DNA of 61,245 bases, the filler included, from Platydemus manokwari (taxonomy: Eukaryota), in the NCBI GenBank assembly GCA_037951405.1. It is 5 parts of 5 records of this genome, joined end to end, with 100 filler letters (N's around TTAATTAATTAA, not from the genome) between each part and the next. Parts side by side here need not be neighbours in the genome. Positions count along the whole stretch, not along the records: positions 15,173 to 25,042 come from JBBMOY011194654.1; positions 25,143 to 41,026 come from JBBMOY011230320.1; 3 more parts are not named here. One strand, given 5' to 3'. Positions 15,173-29,760 of the stretch are shown piece after piece. Made by a program: the position numbers and the translations under genes. Below the pieces are notes generated by a model, which worked only from the letters and a program-made list of their open reading frames with translations, was not told where the DNA came from and did not search any database. Position 1 is the stretch's first letter. Every line of letters starts with the position of its first letter.

Positions 15173-16910
15173 GTAATAAATTTCACAATCATATTAAATG
15201 CTGATTTACCGGCGCTAATTAATTGTCAAAATATTTCATTCCATAATACGCAAATATTTTTTAATTCTTTAACATGCAAATCCCTTAATATCTCCAAACA
15301 AAATAATATATGACTTATACCACTTTCATAATCAAGGGCACATATAAGCGGTAGTAAATATAAATACTTTATATACAAAAACTATAAATATGCAATTATT
15401 ATGGATGCATACATATCAATAAAGAATTTATTAAATCAATCTTTCAAATTGTCAAAGGCTTTTAAATGAATAAAATTCTCCCATCATAAATGGCTGAATC
15501 CAGAAAAGTTACACCGTAGAATATAAGAAGTCGATTTGTAGAAAAGTCATGACAAGGACCTGACCATTTTCTGCAAGGAAAAGAACCTTAACATAAAAAT
15601 GGTTCAAAGATGGAGATCTGCTTATACAAAAATATGCAAGTCGGTTGCAGATGGGAACAGTAAGAAAAGAAAGGTTGGAAAGGGAATAATGCCAGCAATA
15701 AATGAATTAGAAAATAATATAACTGCTTGAATCATTTACCGGAGAGCAAGAGGATTAATCGTCAGAAGATATCACATTCAAAACTTTGCAGTAGATTTGG
15801 CTTCCAAAAGTGAAATGTTGGATTTTAAAGTCTAAACGCACTGGCTTGATAAATTTTTACTCTGTAATGAATTATCATTCCGAAAGAGAATCTCCTTTTT
15901 TAAATTAGAAGATAATTAAATTGTTTAGAGAGCAATAATGTATAAGAGATTTGTTGATAGTATAAATTTTCAGAAATACCAATTGTCGTATATGATTGCA
16001 ATGGATGAGACAGCTGTATTTATGGAACAAGATTCGCAGACAACAGTAGACATTCGTGGGGTATCATCAATCTATATTCCCTCAACGGATTATGAAAGCC
16101 AGAGGGTTACCTGTATTATTGCACTTCGTTTGAATGGAACAAAGCCAGCGCCTTTTATTACTATTAAATGAAAGAAAAATAAAATTGAGCAGTTGTCAGG
16201 AGTGAACATACTGGAAACAGAAAAGGCATGGAATACCCAAGCAGTAATTAGAAAATGGATTGACCTGATGTTGCCAATGGTTTTGAGAGGCAATATAAAA
16301 GGTTTACTTATATGGGATTCAGCCAGCACTCATCGTGCCAATGATATAAAGAATTTTCTTTAAATGAGAGGCGTTGATCAAATAATGATACCGGCTTGAA
16401 TGATAGGGTATCTTCAAAGTTTAGATTTGGTGATAAATAAGCCATTTAAGGATAATCTTAGAATAGAAATTAATGAGTATATTGAGAAGAGAATATTGAG
16501 AAATGAAAAGGGGAACTTTGTAAAACCGAATATACAAGAAATAGTAAAATGTGTTCGTAATGCCTGGGTTAAATTAATGATAACTGTGTCAAAAAAGCTT
16601 TGAAAGCTGCCTATCTGGATAAGTCAGCTTCATTCGAAGAAAGCTTCATAGCAAAAAATGAGAGATTAGGACCACTTACGAAAGATAAACTTAATTCACA
16701 GGAATTAATTAAGAGTGTTCAAAATCTTGTTTTATTGAAGATGTCGCAGAAGAGAATGATTTAAATGCCTGTATCTTTTTTAAACATTTGAAATATTATA
16801 ATAAAAATATATTATGATTTTTTAAGTAATCGGTAAAATAATATAAGCGATGCCCCACTTTCTTCGTCGAAAAATAATATAAGCGGCCGATTATAATAGG
16901 AAAAACACGG
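15173..16910 (+). mobile_element. pogo-family (CENP-B HTH + DDE_1) transposon with pseudogenised transposase
   Basis: Transposase relic at about 15490-16760: HWLDKFL...LSFRKR, MIAMDETAVF, LLIWDSASTHRA, GYLQSLDLVINKPFKD, with several stops. The right TIR ends GGAAAAACACGG|TA. Subterminal ATATAAGCG motifs near 15342, 16841 and 16877. Confidence 0.92.
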
Positions 16911-17554
16911 TACGACGATGATTGTTTTTGTTATATGTATAATGAAGATATGATTATTAGGATTAGAGTTGAAAAATCTAAGTTGAACTATAATAAAGTG
17001 CGATACTGACTGTGTTACATCGATCTAAATTATAATAATATAATAACAATTCAGAAGTGTTTTTGCACTAAATAATCGTTAAATCAATTTGATTAAAAAG
17101 GATTTCTATCATTAATATGGAAATCTTGAAATACACACACACACTTTCACTTTCGGCATTGTTAGTTAGTTTCGTTTTTTATGTTGGATTCAAAAGTCAT
17201 AATTTTCAACGTGCACAAAATATATTTTATATTACATATTTTCCAAACAAATATTCTATTATTTTTTAACCTTCTTTTATAATTCAACTTTCAATTAATA
17301 TAAAAATAATTTTTAACACATTTTAATTTTTTTTAATTTTATAAATTACTTTTAAAATTTTTGAGAAATTACAGTAATAGTTTGAGCAAGGTAAATATTA
17401 AATATTTTTCATATAATCAATTAAAAATATTTTTTTAAAATTATTAATCGTAATTTAAATTTTAAACCTCACAGACATAGCAGTTGGTTTTGTTTGCTTA
17501 TCATTGAAATTTTGTATGAATTTTTCATTAACAAAATTTTTCATTTAATTACAG

Positions 17555-20500
17555 ACTAAAGGCTTTACTCACTAATTTCTTGAATAAGCTCTTAGAAAGT
17601 GATGGTGACCTTGGATTCAGAACACTAATGAACATTCTGGTATTTCAAATAAATAGTTGGTGAAATATTAAAATATGAGTATTCCATTGATATTCCCCTA
17701 CTAGATCCCCACTGTAGCAACATTGTTCTCCATACGACACTCGTCTGGTTGGTGAGATTCATTCAGACTTTCAAACTAAAAATGCTACCATTTACTTCCC
17801 TCATTTTAAAAGCGATCTTACCTTTATTTGATATAGATGGCAAAGAAGGTGATGTAAATAATCGATAACTTACATAAGTAAATCAAAAATTCAGAAAATA
17901 TTCGCTCTCAGGCACGGGATGTAAGCAGTTTATTGTTGGATTTGGTAAAGACAATTGATGACATAGACAACAAAGTCAACGGGGACTCAAAGGATGAAGA
18001 AAACCTAAAGTATTTTAATTTTAGTAATTAGTCTTTAAATTTCGTTCTTAATTTATATATCATGTTTTTGTTAGTAATCTATTACTTAGTATTTATGAGT
18101 AGTTTATTTGTGATTTATTAAAATAGTTATGAATGGAATGAAATTTAAGTGAATTTTCCTTCATGTTTAAATCAATGAATTATAAAATTTCTGCAATATG
18201 ATTGGTTCAATTAAAATATTATCTTGTAATATTTTATGGAATTTTTTCAATTATGTATTTTCAAGTAACTTGTTTTTTAAATGTTTTTTCTCTCAACGTA
18301 ATACAATATACTCTATAAATTCATATTTAAATGATTTTTCTCCAGCCCAAGTAGGTTGATAGATGTTAATCAGAACCAATCTTCATTATATCCTATAAAT
18401 AAAGTCCATAAACAAGATTTAATCACGGATCCTAATCAAACAAAACAATCTATCAATGAAAAACTGAGCCCAATTCAAAATCATGGTCTGGCTTTATCAG
18501 AGACTTTGAATATTTTATGTGAATTTTCCGGCGACTACAGTCAACAGACTAAATTAGCTGCTCTTGAATGGTTGCATACGTTGATGGATGTAACACCACA
18601 CAAAACTCTACTTCACTCTGAAATCGTCTTCCCGTCATTATTCAAATTTGTTATCGATCCATCATCGTCCGTGGGTTTATTAACAATGACTTGGTTGTAT
18701 ATTCATCAAGATTCTAGGTTATTAGAGCCGGTTTAAAATTGGTTGCCAAATTTTCCCAAGAAAACGTACCGGTTTATCCGGAAATCCAGAACTTTGATTT
18801 TCTCAATGTTCCTGATCAAATAAAATGCGTCTTACCTCTGAGTGAAAATTCATACTTCTTGCGGTTTGTTTTCGATTTAATCCTTCATCTCGATACCGAC
18901 ATCAATATGCTTGAAGAAAAAGGAGATTTGATAATTGGGTTAATTTTTATAATTGCCATGAGCTTTATTAGAAACGATTTCGACTCAGAGATCTCTGTTA
19001 TCAACTCAGTCCGAATCTGGTATTCAACACCATTGCCGAAATCATCCAGAAATCCGATGCTCTACAAGAAAAGTTTCGACTTGTTCATAAATTAAACCGA
19101 ATTCTCCTTTCCAATCCAAACCTCATAGATTTCAGGTCAATGATTAAATCTATCAATTCAGAAGTGGGTTTCTGTTTTGAATATATTTTTATTATTGATT
19201 ATTTTTTTCAAATATTCTTTTGCCAAATTTTTCTTTTACTGATAAATCCAATCATTTAAACAATTACAAAACAATCACATTGAATTTTAAAATATCATAA
19301 TTATTGATTGGATATTGTGCTTGTTAATGGGGTGATATTATTTAATTTATTGATTTCTGTTTTATAATGGTGTATTGATTATGCCTTTGACGAAATTAAA
19401 ATTTGGATATCAGTATCAAAATAGAACATTGAATTCATAATTAAATAATTCGCTCATTGGTGGATTGGAATCCATGACTACCACTTGCTGTTATTGATCT
19501 CTGTTTTATAATAGTGTATTGATTGTGCTTTTGTCGAAATTAAAATTTGATTATCCATCGATCGACAGATATCAGTATCAAAAACGAACATTGAATTCAT
19601 AATTTAATAATTCGCTCATTGGTAGATTGGAATCCATGGTTACCACTTGTTAATGATTTCCGTTTAATAATAGTGTATTGGCTATGCCTTTGACGAAATT
19701 AAAATTTGGTTATCCATCGATTGATGGATATCAAAACAGAATATTGTATTCATAATTTAATAATTCACTCATTGGTGGATTTGAGTCCATGACTTCCACT
19801 TGTTGTTATTGATTTTTGTATTCATATCACAATATTGCGAATACAAATTATGTAATCTTCTATATTTATATCAAGAACAAAACATTGAAATCAGATCGAA
19901 AAACCATGACATTAATTGCCTTCAATACAAAAGGAAAAAATTTTGAAAAACCAATAATTTCTTCTAAATATGCAAAACAAAAGATTAAATACTTGACGTT
20001 TTTGTTTATTTTTAAAGCTTGGTCTCAGTTTGAGGTCATATTTTGGTATTTGTTAAGCTGGTCTATCACTGAATCACTACTGATTCATTCGTTTATGGCT
20101 TGATCAGCACACAATCGTATCATCTAATATCACCTTTGTCAATGAATATTTAATTTATATATTCACACAAAGCGTTTTAGCGAAAATATTCATGGTTATA
20201 AAGCCAAATAAAGACATAATGTTTTAGATTCCTCTATAAATTTTGATTGGCATTTAATCGCGTTATGTTACAATGAAAATGAAGAATCTTATCTAATATT
20301 GTTGAAATTTTCAATTTTTATCAATTTGAAGTCCTAACGATATCATGTTGACACGAGTTAGGTCGACATCATTTTCTTTTCTGGAGACATACCTTATATG
20401 TTAATTCAAATGTTTTGTTATCTTTAAAGATTTTATCTGTTTGAACTTTTGAAACACTGTCAATGCCTAAACTCAGGCGTACCCATATCATCACACACAG

Positions 20501-22303
20501 CACTCGGTTGTTAATTAACTTATATGGTGAGATGTTTCTGAATTAAAAATTTGAAGCTATATTTTTAAACTTATCCAAAGTAAATCACATGATAATCTTG
20601 ATTTATTTCAACATCAAAGCAACTCTCATTAATATTGGAATATCGAAACTTTAACGATGTCAAAATTGCTTCGAAAAAAGCTTATTCCAGTCTAAAAGCG
20701 TGCTTATTGATAATTGAATATTTGAGCGCTTGGCGTATGTGTTGGAAAGAAAAATTACTGGTGATTTAATAAACAATCGAGTGTTGAGTATGATAATGTG
20801 GCTGCGTATGGATATGTAAGTCATGACTTTAATGTCGGAATGAATATTAAAATAGAGTTGACTTGTTTCTGTTACTGAGTTTCTGCTTTAAAATAAAAAT
20901 AAATGTGTAATGCTGGGAATAAAACTATTAAAACTTAATAAATTTAAGAAGTATCTTCGTTCAAAATTCGGCTCTATTTTTATCTTATTTGATTATGATG
21001 TTTTGACCTGGACACCGAATTTATCAGCACAACCATCGATATTGTGAAGATTATAAAATTATTGTAAATAATTTTTTAAATAAGCATAGTAATTGAAATA
21101 ATGAGTTATAATTCATGAAAATTTATATTAATGTTATCTATGATTAAAATCGAAAATGCCTTGGATAATTTTGATTAAATATTGAAATAAAAATTCATTA
21201 GTGAAATTGTTAAATTTTTAATCAATACAAGACTTAAAAAAAAATAACAGCTGTAACTCTAGCCCTTGCTTTGCTATAAGTGATATGAGGAAGTAAAAAT
21301 AAATTGTCTGGTTTTGAACAAATGTACGGATTATAATTTAGTCACTTGTTCTATGACTGGATATCATTGTATAGCAATTAGGTATATGAAACTATTTTTT
21401 AATATATCAAAGCTTTTTGTCATGCATTAATATTTCAGTGTTGAAAATAGTCCCTAGTGTACGATTTTATGATGCTAAATATTCTTTTTAAAATACTCAG
21501 AACAAGGATTCCGTAATATATAAACAATTAATGCTACAAAATTGAATTATTATTGCTTACGTCATGTTTTCGTTGAGAGATTGATTGGATAAATTATATT
21601 TTTTCCAGGAATCTTGCCATATTTTCTGTAGACTTTATCGAGCTTGGTCTTTTAATCGTGTAGCTTTACTTAGTCTTTGTTTATTGAGTCAGAATTACGA
21701 GCATTGCCGAAGGCTGATAAAGACGTTGTGAGTTTAAAAATAATTTGAATATAGTTTATGATGATATTGACATTAGTGGCGAATTGGAAATGGATGTCGA
21801 TACTCTCAATGAAATAGATTTACTCATTCAATTTCTTGAAGCACCGGTTTTTGCATGTTGGTTTCTGTTTGATCAATGTTTTCTGATGATTGATTTCGGA
21901 AATTAAGTTCTTCGAATGCATTTAATGGATCCTCGATATTCAGCAGCTCTCAGTGAAACTTTATACAGTCTACTTATGTTAATACCACAATCAGATGCTT
22001 TTAAGATTCTGCAGAATCGTCTCAATTGCATTCCAAAAAGTGAGATATCGGGTCTGATACCGTAATAAGATTTTTCTCATTTATTTTTGAATTGTTAGAT
22101 GGATTAATATTTTTAGATATACTGATGTTCCAGATCCCAATCATCAATTGATATCCAAACATGTCGACTTTAATAAATTGTTGGACAACTTGAGATTGGT
22201 TCAAAGTCGAATACTTTCACAGACGTTGCAGAAACAACATCAACTCCAGAGTATTCATTGTGCGACAAAACGAATAGTCGTAGAAAAACATTTGAGCATA
22301 TGA
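17555..22303 (+). CDS. VAC14: VAC14 (PIKfyve/FIG4 scaffold), 5'-truncated, multi-exon
   Basis: Spliced exons give LMNILVFQIN...WLVRFIQ...MLPFTSLILKAILP, TKLAALEWLHTL, NSYFLRFVFDL...LEEKGDLIIGDLC, FCRLYRAWSFNRVALLSLCLLSQNYEH, EIDLLIQFLEAPVFA, LYSLLMLIPQSDAFKILQNRLNCIP, VDFNKLL, collinear with animal VAC14 from about residue 240 onward. Confidence 0.93.
19347..19815. repeat. Intronic tandem repeat, three units of 144/159/156 bp
   Basis: Units start near 19347, 19491 and 19650 and share ...CGAAATTAAAATTTG...TTCATAATT.AATAATTC.CTCATTGGT.GATT.GA.TCCATG...CCACTTG. Confidence 0.93.
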
Positions 22304-25300
22304 GAAATCGTAATTTATTTTCCCAATATTATTGGAGTTTATGATTTTATAAATTTATTTGAAGAAATGTTGACATGATTGTTGAATAATAAATCATTGA
22401 TTTATATTATTAATGATTATTTATAAAGATTATTTGTATTATTTATATATTCCCATGGTCGTTCTGTGCTATGATACAGATAGGCGGTGCTACGACAGCG
22501 TAATAAGCAGCAAGATTAAAATACTGTTTGATCTATGGTATAACTAAAAGACATTGGTGAACAGTTTTCTATATTGGTTTATGTAGCTCTGATATTGATG
22601 TGTACGATTTATAATTTATCGAGCGTTTCTCTCCAAGGTGGTTTCTGGTACCTGTATAAGTGTAGGTGTTTACTGAAATATTTTTGATCTGATGATGCAA
22701 ATCTATAATTTTATAATTCAATACGCAGTCGTTCATTAGAACTACGGTGGCAATCATTACATGAGACAATCGCAAGTATTACGTTTTGATAGTTTGAGGT
22801 AAACTTATAATTTAGAATATGGTTAAAAAATTGCTTGGAAATTATTGTACTTGTCTCTTCTCAATGAATCAGGTATAAATGTCTATAGTCTCTCCGATTA
22901 AACCTGTATTTTATGAATCCTGTCAATGTTTTCAAATTATTTGAGTCAAAATTGCTTAAATACTTTTGATGGAATGTGATGTGGTGATTTGCTGTAATGG
23001 TCTCTAAGATTGAGATATTAATGAATTTCACCAATTTCCGACGTTTACAAGTCCCGAAAGGTAGGTTAAATCAAATTAAAGATAATAATTCAAAGATGTG
23101 AAAGTTTATTGATAAATATACAACATGATTCATTATCGTACAATGAAATATAAACAAGGGTTTTTTGGGCATCCATGTGATTCCCTGAACAAATGTTGGG
23201 AACTATTGTCACTTAACTCTAGAGGAAAAAGAATGTCGAGGAGAAGTTATTTTATAAGGTAGTCAAATATTGTTTCGGAACTTTGATGCGCTTAATAATT
23301 AATTAATAATCACCTTTCAGGCATTATTGTAATTATAATTAAAAAATCAAATAAGTTCTTACCAATGATTGGTGAATAATCTACGTTTGAAGAATCTGTG
23401 TTTCTTGTTTTGAATTGACTAAGAATTATGTTTCTTACTACTAAAAGGAGCCGTTTTATACTTTTCGTTTGTTTTCCTATCCTGTCCGTTATTGACTGTG
23501 ACTGACCATTGCAATTTAATAATTCTCTATTTTGTTTCTATGTTACCATGGTAATATTTTTATGTCTGATAAGTCATTTTTCAGAAAGCTTGCAGAATAA
23601 AAATCATATTATAAAAAATCACACTTCATCCACAAGACTCGTTTTTGTAATGTGATATTGTAAAGCTCATTAATGTCTTCACCCTCAGTTTGTCAAATAT
23701 TGTTGGAGAAACTATAAGAAATTTTCCACCATCATTTACTGTTCTTGTTTACTGGTATTCATATTTAAGGGTGTTATGTATAACAGAAGAATCTTATTGC
23801 ACTTATATCAATTACAACTAAGTATATTCAATGCTATAAGTGCACATTTAATGAAATTCAGTTTCTGCTGATTGTGTTGCGAGGTTAACTGAGACAATGC
23901 GTATTTCAGTTTTGAAGGATAATTATTTGTCTGGGATAATTGCTATTATATATCTAGGTGCACCTCCCAACATGTATAACAAAATTTTCAACGTTATCAA
24001 GTGAATTTGTAAAAAAAAACTGTAAAAAAAAGGCAAACATAGAAAACCATTTGGAACACACAAAATATCAGTAATTTGATAAATTAAAGTTATTGTTTCT
24101 AGAAGATTTTTGGGTGATGAATTAAAATAGTTTCAATGTGAAAAATCAAATAATTATTTGGAACAATATGATAAAGCCAAAATCATATTAGCTAGAATGT
24201 ATAATTTATACCTATATCAAATAAATTTGAATTTTTTAACATGATGACTGCTTTCGAGTCAGACAATTTCCAATTTTCGATAACTAACAGAAACAAGTTT
24301 GTTTATAATTGTGATTTTGTTGAGTTTTATATGGTTAAAAATTTGTTGTAATTAATAATAAAACAATTTTAGAGTTTGATTATTAAATATGAAAACCATG
24401 TAGGTAGTTGAGCTCTATTAAAATATTTCGTTTGTACACATGACTCCAAACGGTGTATTTAAAAAATATGAACAATATGAAGATAAATTATAGAATAAAA
24501 TAGAATAAATATCTGAATAAATTATAACTTAAATAAGAATTATTATAGATTCAAATAAGGTTCAATAGAATCAAATGATAAAATATTATGACAGCAAATA
24601 ATTAATTTTAATCAATTTTAAACAATTAACCAGATTTACAATGTAATTCGGGTTTTTAGTTATTTCGTTATTGTCAGATTCTAGTGAGATAGAACTAAGA
24701 ATTTTTATCGACCTGTTATGACACACATTTAAGCCCACGTTTGAATTTATTAGTGGTTATGTCTGAAGGTACCGTAAACACTTTGATTGATTTGTTTCTT
24801 GATTTTAAGATTTTAACGTTTGATTTAAAGTTCTTACAGTTTTTTTATTTACATTTCATTTACTTAGAGTTACTGATAATGACTTTTTGATAAGAATATA
24901 ATAGAGATGCGGTTGTAACCATTTATAATTTCTTCTGCGAATTTGTTTCTCAGGTAATAGAATAGACGAAATATAATTAATATTTTCGACTGTAATATTA
25001 GTTTTTGGATACATAATATTCTCTTCTTTTCTTGGCTCTGATNNNNNNNNNNNNNNNNNNNNNNNNNNNNNNNNNNNNNNNNNNNNTTAATTAATTAANN
25101 NNNNNNNNNNNNNNNNNNNNNNNNNNNNNNNNNNNNNNNNNNTAAATAAATAAACACATGGTGTTTGTTTAAATAATTGATTGGCGGTTGATGGCAGTTT
25201 TTCAAATAAATATTATGACAGAATGTGCTTTTAACTTAACTTTTTCTAAAAAAATTGGCAGTTGTCACAGAAAAATTCTTTTATCGATCGTTACCACCGT

Positions 25301-25379
25301 TACACAAATTGTAACTGTTCAAATGTTGGGATCTAACAAAGCCAAAACATAAAAATTTACTAATTTGAGTTATATTTTT

Positions 25380-25660
25380 TCATCTGAATTATCTTTTAAA
25401 ATCATTTTTGAATAACTTTCACTTTCATTACCTTCATTGAAATTGAGCGTCATACAAATCATTCTGGTGGTTTCTGCAGCGTTTAAATGTTGATTAAAAT
25501 AGACAAAGAGTAAATGCTGGAAATGCACATTTTTATCTATCTGACATTCCATTTTAATGAATGCAATGAAAGTGAAAGTAAAAGTTATGATGTGATACAA
25601 TGTGATGGACTATTTTGCAGTCGACATCTAATAAACAAAAGCGGCATTAATTTAAAATAA
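25380..25660 (-). mobile_element. mariner transposase 5' remnant
   Basis: MECQIDKNVHFQHLLFVYFNQHLNAAETTRMIC (ATG at 25552) resembles the Mos1-type N-terminal HTH. Confidence 0.75.
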
Positions 25661-25970
25661 TATAACTATAATGGTTTGAAAACACTCAACAAATATTTAG
25701 TTTCATGACTATTATTCCTTGTAGTTAAAACAAGTATTCCTCAGATAAAATCGATAGTTACATCTTTATGAGTGCTTGTCAACAAAAAATAAAAAGAAAT
25801 GGAGTTTTTGAATTGTTGATGTTCGTAATGAGTATCACATTTCAGTGGAATATATATTGCAGACCTCGATTCTTTTGAGCTTCAATGCTATCGTCTCAGA
25901 TTTAAAATATTATATTTCGCAATTTTTTACTTTAATTATTGGTTATATTTATTCTGAGGTAAGTATCCCG

Positions 25971-26234
25971 TTATCTTTGTAAATTTGTGGTACCATTCTC
26001 ATCAATTGAACAATGGCCATACATAATACTGTAACCAATAACGTACTTTTTACATATTTTATGTTGACACTCACAGAATTTGACATAAACAGTGTAGCCA
26101 ACAAACTTGTAGCATATCAAGCATTTATCGGTATTGCTTTCTTTTACCAAAGGTTTTATTGATCGATATGTTTTTTGATTATTTCTCGTGTATAAAATCG
26201 TTAACAATGTGAAATATTTAAGGCTGTGTCTCAA
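25971..26234 (-). pseudogene. Degenerate RING-finger-like ORF
   Basis: CLIC-x14-CQH-xx-C-xx-(Y)-x10-CSID spacing. One ligand is lost and the ORF starts at TTG. Confidence 0.35.
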
Positions 26235-26399
26235 ATATTTATTAATTTAGATTTAGTAGATCCAATAACCGTACACAAATTCGAAGGATAAAGATTTGCC
26301 TATTGATACGTTACCAATCGAGTTTATTATCGTGGGAAATGAAGCAAAATCTATTGACCAATAACGTAGACAAATTTTGAGTACTCTTATAACTTAGTC

Positions 26400-27510
26400 A
26401 TTAATTAAATAAAGTGCGCAACATTAACAACGGCCAGTTTCAACGGACCAAACTCTTTCCTGGGAATCATAATTTCTTTAGTCCTTTCAGTGTAAACTTT
26501 ATGTTTAACACAAATACCACAATTCCTCACTTTGTATTTGAATGTAATCTTTTGAATGTAATCGACCAATTTCTTATTACCTATATGGCACAGCTCTTAA
26601 TGGAGGTATTTCTTCAGTTTTTGTGAATGAACCTCTGGCACAATATTTCTTTTCTTTCTATTCTGATTATACACCATCATATCTTCCAATAATTTGTATA
26701 TCTCTAGAATGTTAAAATATTTGCTTTGCTTGATCGCAGAATTGACTCATGTTTCTGTTTTTTGTAACCATTTCTGTTACCAGCGACAATATCTTTTTTG
26801 TTGAACCATCTTTAACTTGCAATTGAATACGCGAGAACATTAATAAACTGACTTTTTGGCTTACCTTTTTTAGCCCATTGGTGCGGAGTAAAGCACTGTG
26901 AACCAAATGCTTCGCTCATCCTTGATATTTCATTCGGATTTAGAAAAATTTGTTAGCATTCTTTATGTACCCTATTGCTTTTTGATTAGTGTGAGTCACA
27001 TAAAATGCAAAGCAAGCTTGTGGATTATCAACAGCTCTTTCCTCGTGACACAATAAGATTTTCCATGACTGTTAAAAGTTCTAGAACCATAGCCTAATAT
27101 TCTTTCTTTTTCAGTGACATTCAACTGACAAATAACACCCACAATAGCTCCGTATCTCTTTGTTTGGATCTGAAAATGCCAAAATCGGAGCTGTTCATAA
27201 TTATTCTTTTTGGTTTCCAAAACATTCCTTACGATTTGTAATCCACTCTAATTTCTGGGTGCTTTTAGTCATCATCGCATTTAACGGAGTAGTAATTAAT
27301 GCGTAGTCTTCGATAAATCGCCTGTAATAATTGCATAATTTTATGAACAACTTCAACTGAGTGATACTACCGGGTTTTATTGCTTTCTTAATCTTCTTTG
27401 ATTTGTCGTTATTAGTCACTATACCTTGTGCATTAATTGTATGACCCAGAAAATTATCTTGTGCCAAAAGTGCATTTCTCAGGATTGATTTTCAAACCTT
27501 TTTCGATTTT
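26400..27510 (-). mobile_element. Ty3/Gypsy pol relic (end of RT, connection, RNase H)
   Basis: FLGHTINAQGI...LKLFIKLCNYYRRFIEDYALITTPL, GAIVGVICQ...ERILGYGSRT...YCVTRKELL; frameshifted. Confidence 0.9.
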
Positions 27511-29619
27511 GTGTAATGGGTTCCCCTTTTGTACGGATCTCGTGCATGACTAAATCTGTTAGTTTTTAATTCGAACAAAGATGAAATAAAAATTGATCTA
27601 TTTTCTTTTATACACCTATTCAATACTTATTAGCAATACTCTTCAATTATATTTCTGGTCGGTGTATATTTTTGCCGCGTCTATGCTATAAATTAATTCT
27701 ATCCCTTCAAGGAATGATCCGCAAGTCTTCATCATATTAACTCATCCGATAAATCATGGTGTAATTTCTTTTCCTACCATGATCTCCTTTGCAAAGTATT
27801 CGAAGCTTATGTTGTGATTAGATCATAAATATATCCAGATTTTTTTGTCATAATAGTGATAACAACACAGAAAAATGCGACTTTTGCATGTGACTCTTTA
27901 TTTATGTCCCAGTTAGGTTAGTAAATACATTTACTCTGCCGAATATAATTTACAACAAACGAGTTATATTGTGCATTTTAATAGTTGTTAATAATAAAAT
28001 AATAAAAATAAATCATTTATTGATTATCAATATTTTGATTATTACCGAATTAGTTAAAATGTGCAAATTAATTAACAATGATAATGATAACAACGACATT
28101 AATAATAATTATAATAATATTTACCAATAAGAACAATGATAATATGAAATTTCCGAAAAAATTATAAATACTAAAAAATCAATACCATCCAAATGTACGG
28201 ATCTGGATCATTGTACTAAATCACACATTAAACCGAATTTGTTCATCATCATAATATCATACTTGTACGGCAGCTGCCATCAGAAAAAACGACATCATTA
28301 TTATGGACATGACTCTCCACAAATTACAAATACTATTGGACTCATGATTACCGATTGAGTGATAATTGATTTCAGATTTCATATCAATCGTCTTATCAAT
28401 AGTGGTTATTTTTCAATACTATGAAAAAATTTACCAAGTTGAAATCAAAATTTTCATCAAGGTCAACGTTTAATTTAACATGATATTGATTGAGTCAAAC
28501 AAACATAATCCAATCATGTGGGAAATATGGTTTTCACGTGTGTATATTCTATTGTTAGTTTTGAATATTGATAAGCCTCAACGATTAACAAATTTATTGA
28601 TTTTGAAGAAGAATTACAAGAAAAATTAGTTTAAATAACATTTTGTGAATATTTATCTCCATAACTACATTAAATTATGGTATTGTATGCCATTTCCGAT
28701 GTGGACTACATAAAGTGATTTTTCTTAGAAAAATTATTTTAAATTTTGAAAATATAATAAAAAATCTCTAACTCATACGTTATTTTAAGGATTTTCATTT
28801 TATTATTCCCTAGAACACAAATCCCAGACGTACAAGGTATTATAAAATAGAAACTATCACTAAGAATTTATTGATTTTTAAGATGATTATATTTAATTCA
28901 TATTGATCTCTCATTGATTTGAAAAACAAATATTTTCAAATATTTCAAATCTTCTACCGATTACCAACTCAGAGATTTCGATTGTTTTGCATTGATAAAT
29001 ATTAATGGAAATCATACCTAAAATTAGTTGATTTGCCAAGTCTCAAAAAAATTTATTTTTCAACACGAGAAATAGTTTAATTTAGGTAAATCGATTTATT
29101 TTAATAAATATAAATTTGGGAAAAATCCAGTATTCCAAAAATAGAAATAAAAAACAACAGTTTAAAATGTCATTAGTTGAACATCTAGAGATTTAAATCC
29201 TTCTATTGATGAAGAAACAGGAATGATTTTCGATATTTCGTTATTCAATCTGCTTCAAATGTCATGCCAACCACCTTACATAGCCAAATTCAACATTAAG
29301 TCCTCAGCTTAAAATTAATATTACAAGTATACTCCATTTTCAACAGTCTTATATAATCTACAAAGGATATGCTCTATTTAGAAACCTGAAGGAATTTTTA
29401 AAGAAGTTCAATTAATTGAAAATCTGCTTCAATAATTTTTGAATGATATAAAAAATTTTGAACGAGAATTATTGATTTTCCATAAAGATAAAATATTAAG
29501 CTTAAATTAAGAAAAGATATCCTTTGACCTACTTTCATATTGATGAATTTTCGCGTATCAGTTAATTTTATAATTTATTTTGAGTATAAACATTCTCAGA
29601 TTTAATCAAAGATATTCGA

Positions 29620-29760
29620 ATGAATAATTCTTGATAGTGATGTTTTCGACATTTCTTGGTGTCATGATTTAATAATTTTATTTCCGAATGATTAACAGTG
29701 CCATGTTGATAATCAATGTTTGGAAGTCCTCGATAAGACATTAAATGAAACTTGATAAAA
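29620..29760 (-). mobile_element. Merlin/ISXO2-like transposase remnant
   Basis: SYRGLPNIDYQHGTVNHSE matches the Y..L...Y.H.TVNHS motif of IS1595/Merlin transposases. Confidence 0.6.

Noticed and set aside
19347-19815. CRISPR-like array
   Set aside because: Whole units are homologous with no unique spacers, and the context is a eukaryotic intron.
28190-29300. Plus-strand exon-like patches (CGLHK, RDLNPSIDEETG)
   Set aside because: No consistent spliced frame or recognisable family.
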